Positions 32,398 through 42,540 of a stretch of 64,000 bases of DNA are shown here, in pieces. This DNA comes from Myxococcota bacterium. Its GTDB lineage: Bacteria; Myxococcota_A; Polyangia; Nannocystales; Nannocystaceae. The notes under the pieces are model-generated. The model saw only the letters and a program-made list of their open reading frames with translations, was not told the DNA's origin and made no database searches. Within the stretch, counting starts at the first letter, position 1. Each line of letters opens with the position of its first letter. The position numbers and the translations under genes were made by a program. Location: assembly GCA_039028615.1 (NCBI GenBank), contig JBCCHT010000038.1, forward strand, positions 32,001 to 96,000, given 5' to 3'.

Positions 32398-33759
32398 TCA
32401 GCCCGGCAGGTGGGCACGCAGGTGCTCGGCCACCGCGTCCACTGCGGGCCCAACCGTGTTCGGGTCGTCGTAAAAGTCGAACTGAGTGCCCTCGAGCCAG
32501 CGGATGGGCTCGGCCTTCGGGACCGCGCCGTGGAAGCGACGGGCTCCCTCGGGGATGGCGGCTTGCTCGGAGTGCACCATGAGCAGCGGAGCCCGTTGCT
32601 GCGCCGCGAAGGGGTGGGGGTCGAAGGTCAGCCACTCGGTCCACGCCATGGTGGCGAACGCGTTCGGCCAGGCCTCGACGGCTCCCCGTGCGGCGTCGAG
32701 GTAGTAGTCGAAGGGGCCGTACATCGCCGCGGACTCGTCGGTGGTGCTCACGGCGGGGACGTACTCCACCTCGCCCGTGGCGTCGTAGTGCGACTGGGCG
32801 GCGGCGGCTCGATCGAGGCGCTCCTTCACGCCCGCCTCGCCGCCGTAGATCGCTTCGACCAGGCCCGCGTCGTGCAGCCACGGCGCCACGAGAGCCACGG
32901 CACCGAGGCCGGGGGCGTTCACAGCCGCGCCCGCCACGAACCCGGCTCCGGCGCAGATCCCCAGCGCGCCCACCGAGTCGGTCGCCACCCGAGAGTCTCG
33001 GCGGAGGAAGGCCACCGCCGCGGCGACGTCGGCCATCTTCATCGACGCGGACTCGAGGTTGCGCGGTTGCCCTCCGCTCTCGCCGTAGCCCCGCGGATCG
33101 AAGGCGAGGGCGGCGAAGCCTCGCTTGGCCAGCTCGGCGGCGTAGCGCCCGGCCATTTGTTCCTTCACCGTGGTCCAAGAGCCGAGCACCACGACGCCGG
33201 GGTGCGGGCCCTCGCCCGTCGCCGGGCGATATAGATACCCGGCCACGCGCTCGCCCATGCTCGAGAAGCGGACCCGCTCGATGCGGACGCCGTCGGGCTC
33301 GGGCAGCGCCCGATCGCTCTCGCCCGCCTCCTGGAGGAGATTGCGGTTGCCCGTTTGGTGGTGCACGTCGAGTCGTAGCGAACGAAGACGCCACTGGTCG
33401 TCGGCTCGCTCGAAGCCTGCCTCGTAGTGCCCCGCGACCATCCACTCGTCTCCGCCGGGCAGACCCTGCGCGACGTGGTAGCCCCGCACGGGCACGTGGA
33501 CGGTGGCTCGCCCGCCGTCGATGTCGGTGCTCCCCGCTCCGAGCATGTGCTGGGTCGCGTGCAGCGGGGTCAGCAGGGTCGTCCACTGGGCGACGAGTTC
33601 GTCCGCGGTGACTTCACTGGGTGGCGCGCCAAAGAGCGAGGCGTAGTCGGTCGTGACTCGGGCCGCCAGCTGCTCCCGCACCAACGACCAGTCTTGCTGG
33701 TCAATGCCGCGGAGCAGGAGGGCCATCGTGTCCATGGGGGTTGTGCTGATCGTGGTCAT
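32398..33759 (-). CDS. SnoaL-like domain fused to alpha/beta hydrolase
   Basis: N-terminal D.QDW......V.TDY..L..TQH (SnoaL/NTF2). C-terminal GSWTTVKEQ, FDPRGYGESGG and GICAGAG. Confidence 0.85.
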   Translation of the reverse strand: MTTISTTPMDTMALLLRGIDQQDWSLVREQLAARVTTDYASLFGAPPSEVTADELVAQWTTLLTPLHATQHMLGAGSTDIDGGRATVHVPVRGYHVAQGLPGGDEWMVAGHYEAGFERADDQWRLRSLRLDVHHQTGNRNLLQEAGESDRALPEPDGVRIERVRFSSMGERVAGYLYRPATGEGPHPGVVVLGSWTTVKEQMAGRYAAELAKRGFAALAFDPRGYGESGGQPRNLESASMKMADVAAAVAFLRRDSRVATDSVGALGICAGAGFVAGAAVNAPGLGAVALVAPWLHDAGLVEAIYGGEAGVKERLDRAAAAQSHYDATGEVEYVPAVSTTDESAAMYGPFDYYLDAARGAVEAWPNAFATMAWTEWLTFDPHPFAAQQRAPLLMVHSEQAAIPEGARRFHGAVPKAEPIRWLEGTQFDFYDDPNTVGPAVDAVAEHLRAHLPG

Positions 33760-33848
33760 CGGTCTCGTTTTCCCGAGATCAAGCTAGTGCCCGTCATGGG
33801 TGAATGAAATGAAAATGAAAGAACACTATCTGTTCGTAAAACGACCAG

Positions 33849-34829
33849 GTGAGCTACTCTCGATCCGTGGACCATGTCGCCAAACTCGTGCTCTTCAGCG
33901 ATGTGGTCGAGCGCGGGAGCTTCTCTGCCGCCGCCGCGCACTGGGGGTTGAGCCACTCCACCGTCAGCAAGCACATCAAGACCCTCGAGGTGCACCTGGG
34001 CGTGCAGCTTTTGCGTCGCACCTCGCGAACGATGACCCTGACCGAGGCGGGCGAGCTGGTGCTGGGCTACGGGCGTCGGGTCGGCAGCTCGATGCACGAG
34101 CTCGGCGAGCAGCTCGCGACTCTGCGTGGTGAAGTGAGCGGTACGCTTCGCGTCCACGGCCTGGTGCACGTCGGGCGCCATCTCGTGCAGCCCGCGGTGG
34201 CGGCCTTGCTCGCCGAGCATCCCCATCTTCAGGTGCGCGCCGTGTTCGACGACGGCCCGCTCGCGTTTCATCGGGACGGGATCGACGTCGCCGTGCGGGT
34301 CGGGCTCTATGCCTCGGCCGACCTCGCGGCGAGCAAGCTGATGGACAACGAGGTCTGCCTGGTCGCGGCGCCGTCGTTGCTCGAGCGTCACGGTACGCCG
34401 TCGCATCCCCGCGACCTCGCTCGCTTCCCCACCGTCGCCTACGAGTCCGGCTCGGTGCGCATCGACGCGTGGAGCTATCGCGAAGGCGATGAGGTGCATA
34501 CCGTCGCGATCACGCCCGCGTGCACCTTCAGCGATGGCAACGCGCTGGCCGATGGTGTCGCGGCGGGCCTCGGGGTCGGCTATCTGTCGGCCTTCGCGGC
34601 GCACCGAGGGCTCGAGCGAGGTGAGCTCCTGCGGGTGCTGCCGCAGTTCGAGCTGCCCGCCTACGATCCCGTCTATCTGCTCTACGCGCGCACGGAGTAC
34701 GTGTCGCCGAGCATTCGGGCGTTCCTACGACACATCCGTGCGGTCGCTCGTTCGTTCGGGGGCGCGTCGGGTCGGACGACGCGAAGAAAGCCTCGCGCTC
34801 GCAAGACGAAGTCACGCCGTTCGAAATGA
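33849..34829 (+). CDS. LysR-family transcriptional regulator
   Basis: F..VVERGSFSAAA...S.VSKHI..LE..LGVQLL.RTSR...LTEAG. Divergent from the hydrolase gene. Confidence 0.95.
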   Translation: MSYSRSVDHVAKLVLFSDVVERGSFSAAAAHWGLSHSTVSKHIKTLEVHLGVQLLRRTSRTMTLTEAGELVLGYGRRVGSSMHELGEQLATLRGEVSGTLRVHGLVHVGRHLVQPAVAALLAEHPHLQVRAVFDDGPLAFHRDGIDVAVRVGLYASADLAASKLMDNEVCLVAAPSLLERHGTPSHPRDLARFPTVAYESGSVRIDAWSYREGDEVHTVAITPACTFSDGNALADGVAAGLGVGYLSAFAAHRGLERGELLRVLPQFELPAYDPVYLLYARTEYVSPSIRAFLRHIRAVARSFGGASGRTTRRKPRARKTKSRRSK

Positions 34830-34999
34830 GACGAAAGACCTCGGGCTTCGGGTGGCGATCGGAAAGAGCCGTCGTTCGTACGTCGTTCGTCGAGTGGCTG
34901 AACGGTGAACGATGACGGGGTCGAGCCCGTGCGCTTCAAGCCAAGGTCGGGCGGTACACTGCCACTCCGCTTGCTTTGCCATCGCGGAAGGAATCCAGG

Positions 35000-35818
35000 A
35001 TGACAGACCCCTATCTCGGTGAGATTCGAGTCTCGGCCACCAATGTCGTGCCTCGCAACTTCATGCCCTGCCACGGCCAGACTCTTCAGATTCAGCAGAA
35101 CCAGGCGCTATTCGCCCTGCTGGGGACGGAGTGGGGTGGCGACGCTCGTACCACGATGCTGCTGCCCGATCTGCGGGGGAAGAAGGTCGTAGGGGTGGGC
35201 AAGCACGAGTTCGGACCGGTCGACGGCACCACGGCGGCGATCGAGCTGGCCATCGACGTGCAGCCGCCACCCATGCCCAACCCAGGCACCGACTTCGCGA
35301 AAATTCGTGCCTTCGCCTTCGGGTTCGCCCCGCGCGGGACCATTTCGTGCCAAGGGCAATCGTTGAAGGTCGCCGACCACAACCAGCTCTTCGGCTTGAT
35401 CGGCCACACCTACGGCGGTGAAGGGGAAGAGTTTGCCCTGCCGAACCTCGACAACCGGTCCCCCATTGGATTCGAAGGAAGCAAGCCGGGGACAGCGACC
35501 GCGTCGACCCTGCAGCTCAACATGAGCACGAACCTGAAGGCCCAGGATGCTCTGATCGCGATGGCCAGCTACGACTTCGCCCCTCGAGACAGTGAGCTGT
35601 GCCGCGGTCAGTCGCTTTCGCAGAGCGAGTACGCCGACTTGTTCGAACTCATCGGTACCAAGTACGGAGGCGAGGCGCCGAACTTCGACTTGCCCGACCT
35701 CACCCTGCGGACGCCGCTCGGTGACGACCAGGAAGACGGCGTGGGCACCAAGGGCGACGGCACCTTGGCGATGAACTTCATCATCTGTACCGAAGGCATC
35801 TTCCCGCCCCGCAGCTGA
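35000..35818 (+). CDS. Phage tail-collar domain protein with three tandem collar repeats
   Basis: Three P..C.GQ.L....LF.L.G..(Y/W)GG....LP(D/N)L repeats and C-terminal LAMNFIICTEGIFPPRS. Confidence 0.85.
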   Translation: MTDPYLGEIRVSATNVVPRNFMPCHGQTLQIQQNQALFALLGTEWGGDARTTMLLPDLRGKKVVGVGKHEFGPVDGTTAAIELAIDVQPPPMPNPGTDFAKIRAFAFGFAPRGTISCQGQSLKVADHNQLFGLIGHTYGGEGEEFALPNLDNRSPIGFEGSKPGTATASTLQLNMSTNLKAQDALIAMASYDFAPRDSELCRGQSLSQSEYADLFELIGTKYGGEAPNFDLPDLTLRTPLGDDQEDGVGTKGDGTLAMNFIICTEGIFPPRS

Positions 35819-36017
35819 GCGGGACATGGCTCGCACGCCGAGTCGGGGCGTGCAGCCCCCGAGCGGTCTCGCGTCCCGGAGCGACGCAGGTCGCTCGGCA
35901 AAACCTCGCGAACCGGTGTCTCACCTCCCGTGGGGGGCGGGGCCGAACGGGCCCAGGCGGCCGAACGATGGTCCGGCGCACGCACGCCCCCGAGCGCGGA
36001 CGGGACGAGAGACGAGC

Positions 36018-38465
36018 ATGCGGCAATCGTTGGGGTGGGGGCTGTTGGCGAGCGTGGTGGTGGCCTGTGGCGGCGGTGAGGGCGGCGGGCAGCCTCCCGA
36101 CGACTCGGGTGTGCCGCCGATCACCGTCTCGGGTACGGGGACGGATACCGGGGGCTCGGGCACGGCGGCGGAGACCGAGGCGCCGACCGACGGTGCCGAT
36201 TCCACGGGCGACACGGGCGGGGCCAGCTGCATGGCCAGCATGGATTGTCCCGAGGCCCAGGCCTGCGCGGCGGGGGAGTGCGTGCCCACCGACGGGCCCT
36301 GCGAGACCGACTCCGATTGCGACGGCGACACCTACTGCTGCGCCGGCGGCTGCCTGCCCGACGACGAAGAGGGCGGCTGGTGCATCCCCTACGGCCTCGG
36401 CCCGCTGGGCGACGTGAACGACGAGTGCCTGGGCGACGTGGTCATCGGCTTGTTCGAGCCCGACCTCCAGTGCGAGTGGACGGCCCCGCCCGCGGGCGAC
36501 CCGTACCCCGATCACGTCAACGTGCTCACCACCCCGATGGTGGCGCAGCTGCCCTACGACTCGGGCGTGGCGGGCGAGATTGCGCTGGTGACCTACAACT
36601 GCACGGACGGCGGCTCGGCCTCCAGCTACGGCTCCGATCCGAACTGCTACGGCGTCATCCGCATCCTCAACGGGCAGACCTGCGAGCAGATCGACACCAT
36701 CGACGACCCGTCCGCTCGCTTGATCGCGGCCACGCCTCCGGCCATCGGTGACCTCGACGGCGACGGGAGCCCGGAGATCGTCAGCCTGCGCGCGGTCAGT
36801 GGCGTGGTGGCGTTCACCTGGGACGACGCCGTGGGCCGCTACGACACGCTGTGGGTGGCCGAGGACTCGAGCATCAGCGCCCAGAACCGATGGGACGGGC
36901 CCGCGATCCACGACCTCGACGGCGACGGCGCGCCCGAGGTGGTGAGCAGCAGCGAGGTCTACGACGGCGTGACCGGAGCGCGGCTCAATCCAGGGCAGCT
37001 CGTCGCGGGCGGCTTCGGGGTCTCGCCCGGGGTGTTCTCGGTAGTCGGCGACCTGCAGAGCGACGGTCAGGCCGACCTGATCGCGAACGGGATCTGGAGC
37101 TGGGACGTGGGCTCGAGCTCGTGGCTGATGACCGCCCCGGGGACGCCCGGCGGTCGCCACTATGGATTCGCCGACTTCGGTACTCCCGGCGCCACCCCGG
37201 CCGACTTCGATCGCTTCACCCTCGATGGGGTCGCGGAGATCGTCACCGTGGGCAACGGCACGGTCCTGCTGCACACCCTCGACGGCCAGGAGCTGATGAG
37301 CGTGGGCGGCATCGCGGGGGGTGGTCCGCCGACCATCGGGGACTTCGACAACGACGGCTTTCCCGAGGTGGCCTCTGCGGGCGGCAACTTCTATCGGGTC
37401 TTCGACCTCGATTGTGCCGATCCCATGACCCCGGGCTGTGCCGCGGGCTTCATTCGGTGGATCCAGACCTCGCAGGACCTCAGCTCGAGCAACACCGGCT
37501 CGTCGATCTTCGACTTCGAGGGCGATGGCCAGGCCGAGGCGGTCTACGGCGACGAGTGCTACCTGCGCGTCTACGAGGGCGGTACGGGCGAGGTGCTCTA
37601 CTCGGCGCCGCGGACCTCGTGTACCTGGTACGAAAACCCGATCGTGGTCGACCTCGATCAGGACGACAACACCGAGATCCTCGTCGGGTCGAACACCAAC
37701 TGCGGCGTGGGCTGTCCCGCCATCGATCCCATCCATCGCGGGCTGCGCTGCGAGGACGGCACGGGGTGCCCGTCGGGGATCTGCGATGCGGGCTTTTGTC
37801 GCTGCGCGGGCGATGCCGAGTGCCCCGCCGAGCACAGCTGTGCGGCGCCGCCGGCCGAGACACCTGGGGCGGGTGACACCTGTCGGGCCGCGAACCCGCC
37901 GGGCCTGGTCATCTCGGGCGTTCGGGTGCTGCGGGATCGCCTCGATCGCTGGGCGAGCTCGCGGCCGCTGTGGAACCAGCACGCGTACTCGATCACCAAC
38001 GTCGAGGACGACCTCAGCGTGCCTGCGACCGGCGTGTGGGAGCAGAACTTCAGCCTGGCGGAGCGCAACAACTACCGCCAGAACGAGCAGGGCGCGGCCA
38101 CGGCCGAGGAGCTGCCGGACATCACGGGGCGGCTCGAAGACACCGCCTGCACGCTCGAGGGCTCCGACGTGACGCTCATGGGCACGGTGTGCAATCGCGG
38201 GCTGCGAGCGGTCGCGGCCGCGTTGCCGGCCACCTTCTATCTCGGCGAGCCGGGCACGGGGGAGATCCTGTGCGTGGCGTATACGGCCGAGCCCGTTCCC
38301 GTCGGTCAGTGTCGCGAGGTCAGCTGTCCGATCGGCTCCGAGGTCTCGGGGCTCATCACCATGGTCGTCAACGACGACGGGCAGGGCGGGGCGCTGACGG
38401 TCGAGTGCAACGAGGACAACAACACCGACACGGTGGACGTGGCCGACTGCAACCCGCCCGCGTGA
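36018..38465 (+). CDS. FG-GAP/VCBS-repeat lipoprotein with Cys-rich inserts and CARDB-like C-terminus
   Basis: Lipobox VVAC, repeated DLDGDG.PEIV, GPPTIGDFDNDG.PE, SSIFDFEGDG, WNQHAY.ITN and ECNEDNN. Confidence 0.88.
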   Translation: MRQSLGWGLLASVVVACGGGEGGGQPPDDSGVPPITVSGTGTDTGGSGTAAETEAPTDGADSTGDTGGASCMASMDCPEAQACAAGECVPTDGPCETDSDCDGDTYCCAGGCLPDDEEGGWCIPYGLGPLGDVNDECLGDVVIGLFEPDLQCEWTAPPAGDPYPDHVNVLTTPMVAQLPYDSGVAGEIALVTYNCTDGGSASSYGSDPNCYGVIRILNGQTCEQIDTIDDPSARLIAATPPAIGDLDGDGSPEIVSLRAVSGVVAFTWDDAVGRYDTLWVAEDSSISAQNRWDGPAIHDLDGDGAPEVVSSSEVYDGVTGARLNPGQLVAGGFGVSPGVFSVVGDLQSDGQADLIANGIWSWDVGSSSWLMTAPGTPGGRHYGFADFGTPGATPADFDRFTLDGVAEIVTVGNGTVLLHTLDGQELMSVGGIAGGGPPTIGDFDNDGFPEVASAGGNFYRVFDLDCADPMTPGCAAGFIRWIQTSQDLSSSNTGSSIFDFEGDGQAEAVYGDECYLRVYEGGTGEVLYSAPRTSCTWYENPIVVDLDQDDNTEILVGSNTNCGVGCPAIDPIHRGLRCEDGTGCPSGICDAGFCRCAGDAECPAEHSCAAPPAETPGAGDTCRAANPPGLVISGVRVLRDRLDRWASSRPLWNQHAYSITNVEDDLSVPATGVWEQNFSLAERNNYRQNEQGAATAEELPDITGRLEDTACTLEGSDVTLMGTVCNRGLRAVAAALPATFYLGEPGTGEILCVAYTAEPVPVGQCREVSCPIGSEVSGLITMVVNDDGQGGALTVECNEDNNTDTVDVADCNPPA

Positions 38466-38520
38466 GCTGCAAAACGGCGAGCCCGCGTACGGGCTCGCCA
38501 ACGGTCTCGGTGACTCGAGT

Positions 38521-39651
38521 TTAGGCCGAGCAGACGCCCACGGTGCCGAGGCACTCGTCGGGGGCCGCCCCGTCTTCGTACCAGGGCAAGCAGGACTGGC
38601 CGGGCAGGCACGCGCTGTCGTCACCCGGTGTGCAGACCGGCGAGCAGCAGCCCACGTCGGTGCAGCCGGGCACGATGTCGCCGACGAGGCAGAACGTGCC
38701 CGCGTCGCAGGTGTTGATGAACTGGCACGAGTCCCCGGGGGCGCCCTGGTCTCCCGATGCATCGGGGGCACACAAGAACGTGTCCTCGAAGGGATAGCAG
38801 GCCTGCCCGGACGGGCATGCCAAGGGGTCGAGCGGGTTGCAGACCGGCAAGCACAGCGCCAGCGCGCCCTCGTTGGAGATGGCGCAGGTGGTGTTGGCCG
38901 TGTTGCACACGGGCGACGCCTCCGTACAGCCGCACATCTCGATGCACTCGCCCTGGCTGGTCTCGGCGTCGACGTCCCAGCACATCAGGCCGAGGTCGCA
39001 GTCGTCGATGCCCGAGGTGCCGCTGCCTTCGACCGTGCAGGTCTCGCCCACCTGAGCGGGCATGGCCGCCACCGGACTGCATCGCGTCGCATTCCAGTTC
39101 CCGCCGTCGTTGCCCCACGGCATGCACTTTTCGCCCGCGGGACAGTCCTGGGCGAAGATGTCGCATTCGAAGGGGTCGGAGCCACCGTCGGGGCGCTCGA
39201 TGAAACCGCCGAAGTCGGGCTCGTCGGGGGCCACCAGCGAGTCCACCGGTTCGCCGCCCGCGACGGGCCACGAGCCTTCGATGATGACGGCGGGAGGGGC
39301 ATCGCTCGCGCCGCACTTGGCCGGGGGAGGCAGCGAGACCTCGCAGACTTCCATGTCGCCGGTCTCTCCATTCATATCGCCGGTTTCGGTGGAGTCCGAG
39401 CTGTCGCTGCCGTCGGTGGAATCGATGCTGGTGGTGGATTCGGCGGCACCGGTGCTGTCGGCAGCTCCGGTGGACGCCGGGGGTGGAGTGTCATCGGGCT
39501 GGGTGGGGCCGCCGGAGGACGCCATCGCGTCCCCCGTGCTGGATGCTCCTTCGGGGCCGCCGCTGGGCTCGTCATCGGGACAGCCGAGCAGCGGGAGTAG
39601 GGTGCATAGAAATAGTGATGAACGGATGGTTGGTGAAATACGTGGAACCAT
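38521..39651 (-). CDS. Cys-rich lipoprotein (paralog 3)
   Basis: Lipobox LLGC, QDCPAGEKCMPWGNDGGNWNATRCSP and DDCDLGLMCW. Confidence 0.8.
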   Translation of the reverse strand: MVPRISPTIRSSLFLCTLLPLLGCPDDEPSGGPEGASSTGDAMASSGGPTQPDDTPPPASTGAADSTGAAESTTSIDSTDGSDSSDSTETGDMNGETGDMEVCEVSLPPPAKCGASDAPPAVIIEGSWPVAGGEPVDSLVAPDEPDFGGFIERPDGGSDPFECDIFAQDCPAGEKCMPWGNDGGNWNATRCSPVAAMPAQVGETCTVEGSGTSGIDDCDLGLMCWDVDAETSQGECIEMCGCTEASPVCNTANTTCAISNEGALALCLPVCNPLDPLACPSGQACYPFEDTFLCAPDASGDQGAPGDSCQFINTCDAGTFCLVGDIVPGCTDVGCCSPVCTPGDDSACLPGQSCLPWYEDGAAPDECLGTVGVCSA

Positions 39652-39829
39652 GGATCCGACTACTTGGTGCACTCGGACCGCCCATCGATCATCACGATTC
39701 ACGAACGTGGGATGACACGGAGGCGTGGATCACAGCGCGGGTGTACCGACCCGTCGGCGGGACGACTTGCCGCACGGCGTGGTCGGGAACTTCAATAGCG
39801 TCGACGGCGACCGGCGGCTGCGTGGCCGC

Positions 39830-41242
39830 TTACGACGCGGGACTACGACCGGACGCGGCCAAGAAATCGGCGAGCGCCCGGTGGTAGGCGGCGAGCGCAT
39901 CGATCTCTTGGTTGGCCGCGTCGGCAGCCGCGAGCTCGCGAAGGTTCACCGTGACCAGGTCGCTCGCGCCTTCGTTGAACCGCGTGCGCTCGGCATCGGC
40001 GAGTCGATCGGCGGCGTCGATCTGCTGACGAGCGAGGGTGATGCTCTGCTCGGAAGCCCGCAGCGAGACCAGGGCGGAGCGCACCTCGGCCCCGATGCGA
40101 TCGCGGAGCCCTCGACGCTGGGCATCGACGGAGGCCAGCCCGGCCTTGGCCGCCCGAAAGTCACCCCGCGCCTGGCGAAGCGGCAGCGGCATCGCGAACA
40201 CGAGGCCTGCGCCCCACTCGACCGGCTGCAGCTCCTCGATGCCTTCCCCGATGTCCTTGGCGACGTAGCTCTGGATGTTCACCGATGGAGCGCGCTGGTT
40301 CTTCGCCAGCCGCACGTCGACCCGGGCCGCGTCCCGGGATGCATCGAGGGCGGCGAGATCGGGGCGCCGTTGCAGGGCCGCGTCGACTTCGGCCTGGTCG
40401 CCAGCCAGATCGAGGCGCAGGGGCTCGGGGAACGCCGAGGGGACCCGGTCTTCACCCACGCGCACCGTGTTGGCATCGGCGTCGCGCAAAAACAGCGACA
40501 ACGCGAGCGAGGCCTGCTCGAAGTCGCGTTCGGCCGAGACCACCTTGCCCATGCGATCGAGCACGAGCCGACGGTTGTCCACCAGCTTGATCCGTTCGAT
40601 GGCTCCAGCGGCGGCTTGCTCGTTGAGGCCCGCGTCGCGGCGCTCGGCGATCGCCAGCAGGTCCCGCGCCACGCGGAGCCGCTGGCCCGCGGCGACCCAG
40701 GCCCAGTAGGTGCTGGCGGCCTTGCGCTCGTTGGCCAGCTGCGTGGCATCGCGGGCTCGCTCGGCCCCGCCCCGCAGGATCTTGGTCTTCTGGATCTTCG
40801 CTCGCCGAGCGTCGATGGGGCCGTCCCGCCAGATGGGAATGTCGATGCCGGCCCGCATCTCGCCCCCGGAGAGCGTCTGCTGGCCGCTGCGGTAGGTGGG
40901 GTAGGTACCGAGCCCGAGGCGATAGCCCGCGAACACGCCGAGGCCCCACGCGGGCGTCGCCTGGCGTGCGAGCACGTCGATCTGTCCGTTGCGGTAGTAG
41001 CCGACGGGGGCGTACTTGCCCGTGATCTTCAGCTCGGGATCGAAGCCCCCCTTGGCGGCCAGCTCTTTACCCCGAGCTCGGTCGACGCCCCGGTCGGCCG
41101 CTTCCACGGCGGGGTGGGTCTGGCCGACGGACTGCAGCACGTCGTCGAGGGACAGCGGCTCGGTCGCGGACGCAGCCGTCGGCGCACCGACGGTGAGGGC
41201 CGCGACCAGGACGAAGAGGCGGCAACGCGAGGGCATGCTCAT
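39830..41242 (-). CDS. TolC-family outer membrane efflux protein
   Basis: Signal peptide, LSLDDVL......HP, G.FDP and AE..RF..G.SDL..VNLRE. ATGA overlap with hlyD. Confidence 0.9.
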   Translation of the reverse strand: MSMPSRCRLFVLVAALTVGAPTAASATEPLSLDDVLQSVGQTHPAVEAADRGVDRARGKELAAKGGFDPELKITGKYAPVGYYRNGQIDVLARQATPAWGLGVFAGYRLGLGTYPTYRSGQQTLSGGEMRAGIDIPIWRDGPIDARRAKIQKTKILRGGAERARDATQLANERKAASTYWAWVAAGQRLRVARDLLAIAERRDAGLNEQAAAGAIERIKLVDNRRLVLDRMGKVVSAERDFEQASLALSLFLRDADANTVRVGEDRVPSAFPEPLRLDLAGDQAEVDAALQRRPDLAALDASRDAARVDVRLAKNQRAPSVNIQSYVAKDIGEGIEELQPVEWGAGLVFAMPLPLRQARGDFRAAKAGLASVDAQRRGLRDRIGAEVRSALVSLRASEQSITLARQQIDAADRLADAERTRFNEGASDLVTVNLRELAAADAANQEIDALAAYHRALADFLAASGRSPAS

Positions 41243-42540
41243 GGTTTGGCGCCGGGTTCGGCGGGGGGAGTCACGGCGGGGGGAAAGCCGTTGAACTGAC
41301 GCCACAGCTCGTACCCGAGGCTGACCTGATTGAGCAGCACCCAGCCGTTGGCGCGCACGCCCTGGCGGAGGTAGCGAGCTTCCGGCCAGTCGTCGTGCTC
41401 GTCGGGGATCACGACCACGCGAAACTGTCCGCGGCCGTTGTCGGTGGCGTCGACGAAGGCGACGGTGCCGCCGAAGGTGCCGACCGCGACCGAGGGCCAG
41501 CCGACGAACTGCACGGCCGGCCATCCCTCGAACTGGACTCGCACGTGGCGACCCGCGGTGATGAGCGGGGCGTCGTTGCCGTCGACCCACAGCTCGACCG
41601 CGCGCGACTCGGTGTCGGGCACCAGCACCGCGAGCTCGTCGCCTTGCTTGGCCTGCTCACCGCCTTGCTTGGCCACGAGGCGGAACACGGTGCCGGCCCG
41701 GGGCGCCTCGATGCGCATGGTCTGCTGCCGCGCGAGGCGGACGTCGAGCTTGGCCAGCTCGGCCTCGGCCTTGGCCTTGTCGGCCTTGGCCTTCTGCAGC
41801 GACGAGCGTGCGCCTTCGATCTTGGCCTGGCTGTCGGCCCCGGTTCGGGTCCGATCGGCCCCCATCGCCTTGACCTCCCGCTTGGCGGCGGCCAGGTCGG
41901 CTTTGGCGCGGTCGAGCGAGGCGCTGGTGGTCTCGACCTGGAGCTCGGCCAGCTCGAGGGTCCGGGTCGACGCGAGGCCACTTTCGTGGAGCGAGCGCTG
42001 CCGGGTGACGTTGAGGGTGGCGGTCTTGTGGGCGGCCTCGGCGGCATCGAGGGCCCGGTGGGCGCCGTCGCGGCGGTCCTCGGCGATCTGCTGCTTGAGG
42101 CCCGCGCCCATCACCGCCGCGCTACGCACCTCGCCGAGCGAGGAAATCTTGGCTTCTTGAACCGCGATGGTGAGCGTGGCCGCGTCGATCTGGCGCTCGA
42201 CCGAGCTTCGCTCACGGCGCAGGCGCTCGAGAATCTGGGGATCGTTGTCGCTGAGCTCGACGATCGGATCGCCCGCGTCGACATGGTCGCCCTCTTGGAC
42301 GTACCACTCGACGACCCGGCCGCTGATGGGCGCCTCGATGGCCTGCTGGCGCTCGAGCGGCGCGTAGGCGATGAGCCGGCCGGTACCGGCCACGTTCTGC
42401 TGCCAGGGGGTGACCACGAGCGCGACGATCATCGCGACCGCGCCCGCGAGCAGCAGTCGCGCGAGCACGCGGGCCCCGTCGATGGAGCCGGCCGCGTCGA
42501 GCGCGGACGGGCGAGAGACGCCGATGGTGGAAGGCTTCAC
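41239..42540 (-). CDS. HlyD-family membrane fusion protein
   Basis: TM, PWQQ.V.G.G, IEAPISGRV..W.V.EG..V..GD, a coiled coil and VR.QFEGWPA.QF.GWP. Confidence 0.92.
   Translation of the reverse strand: MKPSTIGVSRPSALDAAGSIDGARVLARLLLAGAVAMIVALVVTPWQQNVAGTGRLIAYAPLERQQAIEAPISGRVVEWYVQEGDHVDAGDPIVELSDNDPQILERLRRERSSVERQIDAATLTIAVQEAKISSLGEVRSAAVMGAGLKQQIAEDRRDGAHRALDAAEAAHKTATLNVTRQRSLHESGLASTRTLELAELQVETTSASLDRAKADLAAAKREVKAMGADRTRTGADSQAKIEGARSSLQKAKADKAKAEAELAKLDVRLARQQTMRIEAPRAGTVFRLVAKQGGEQAKQGDELAVLVPDTESRAVELWVDGNDAPLITAGRHVRVQFEGWPAVQFVGWPSVAVGTFGGTVAFVDATDNGRGQFRVVVIPDEHDDWPEARYLRQGVRANGWVLLNQVSLGYELWRQFNGFPPAVTPPAEPGAKP

Noticed and set aside
35000..35818. Prophage
   Set aside because: Only an isolated collar-domain gene is present. 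There is no integrase, terminase, capsid or compositional shift.
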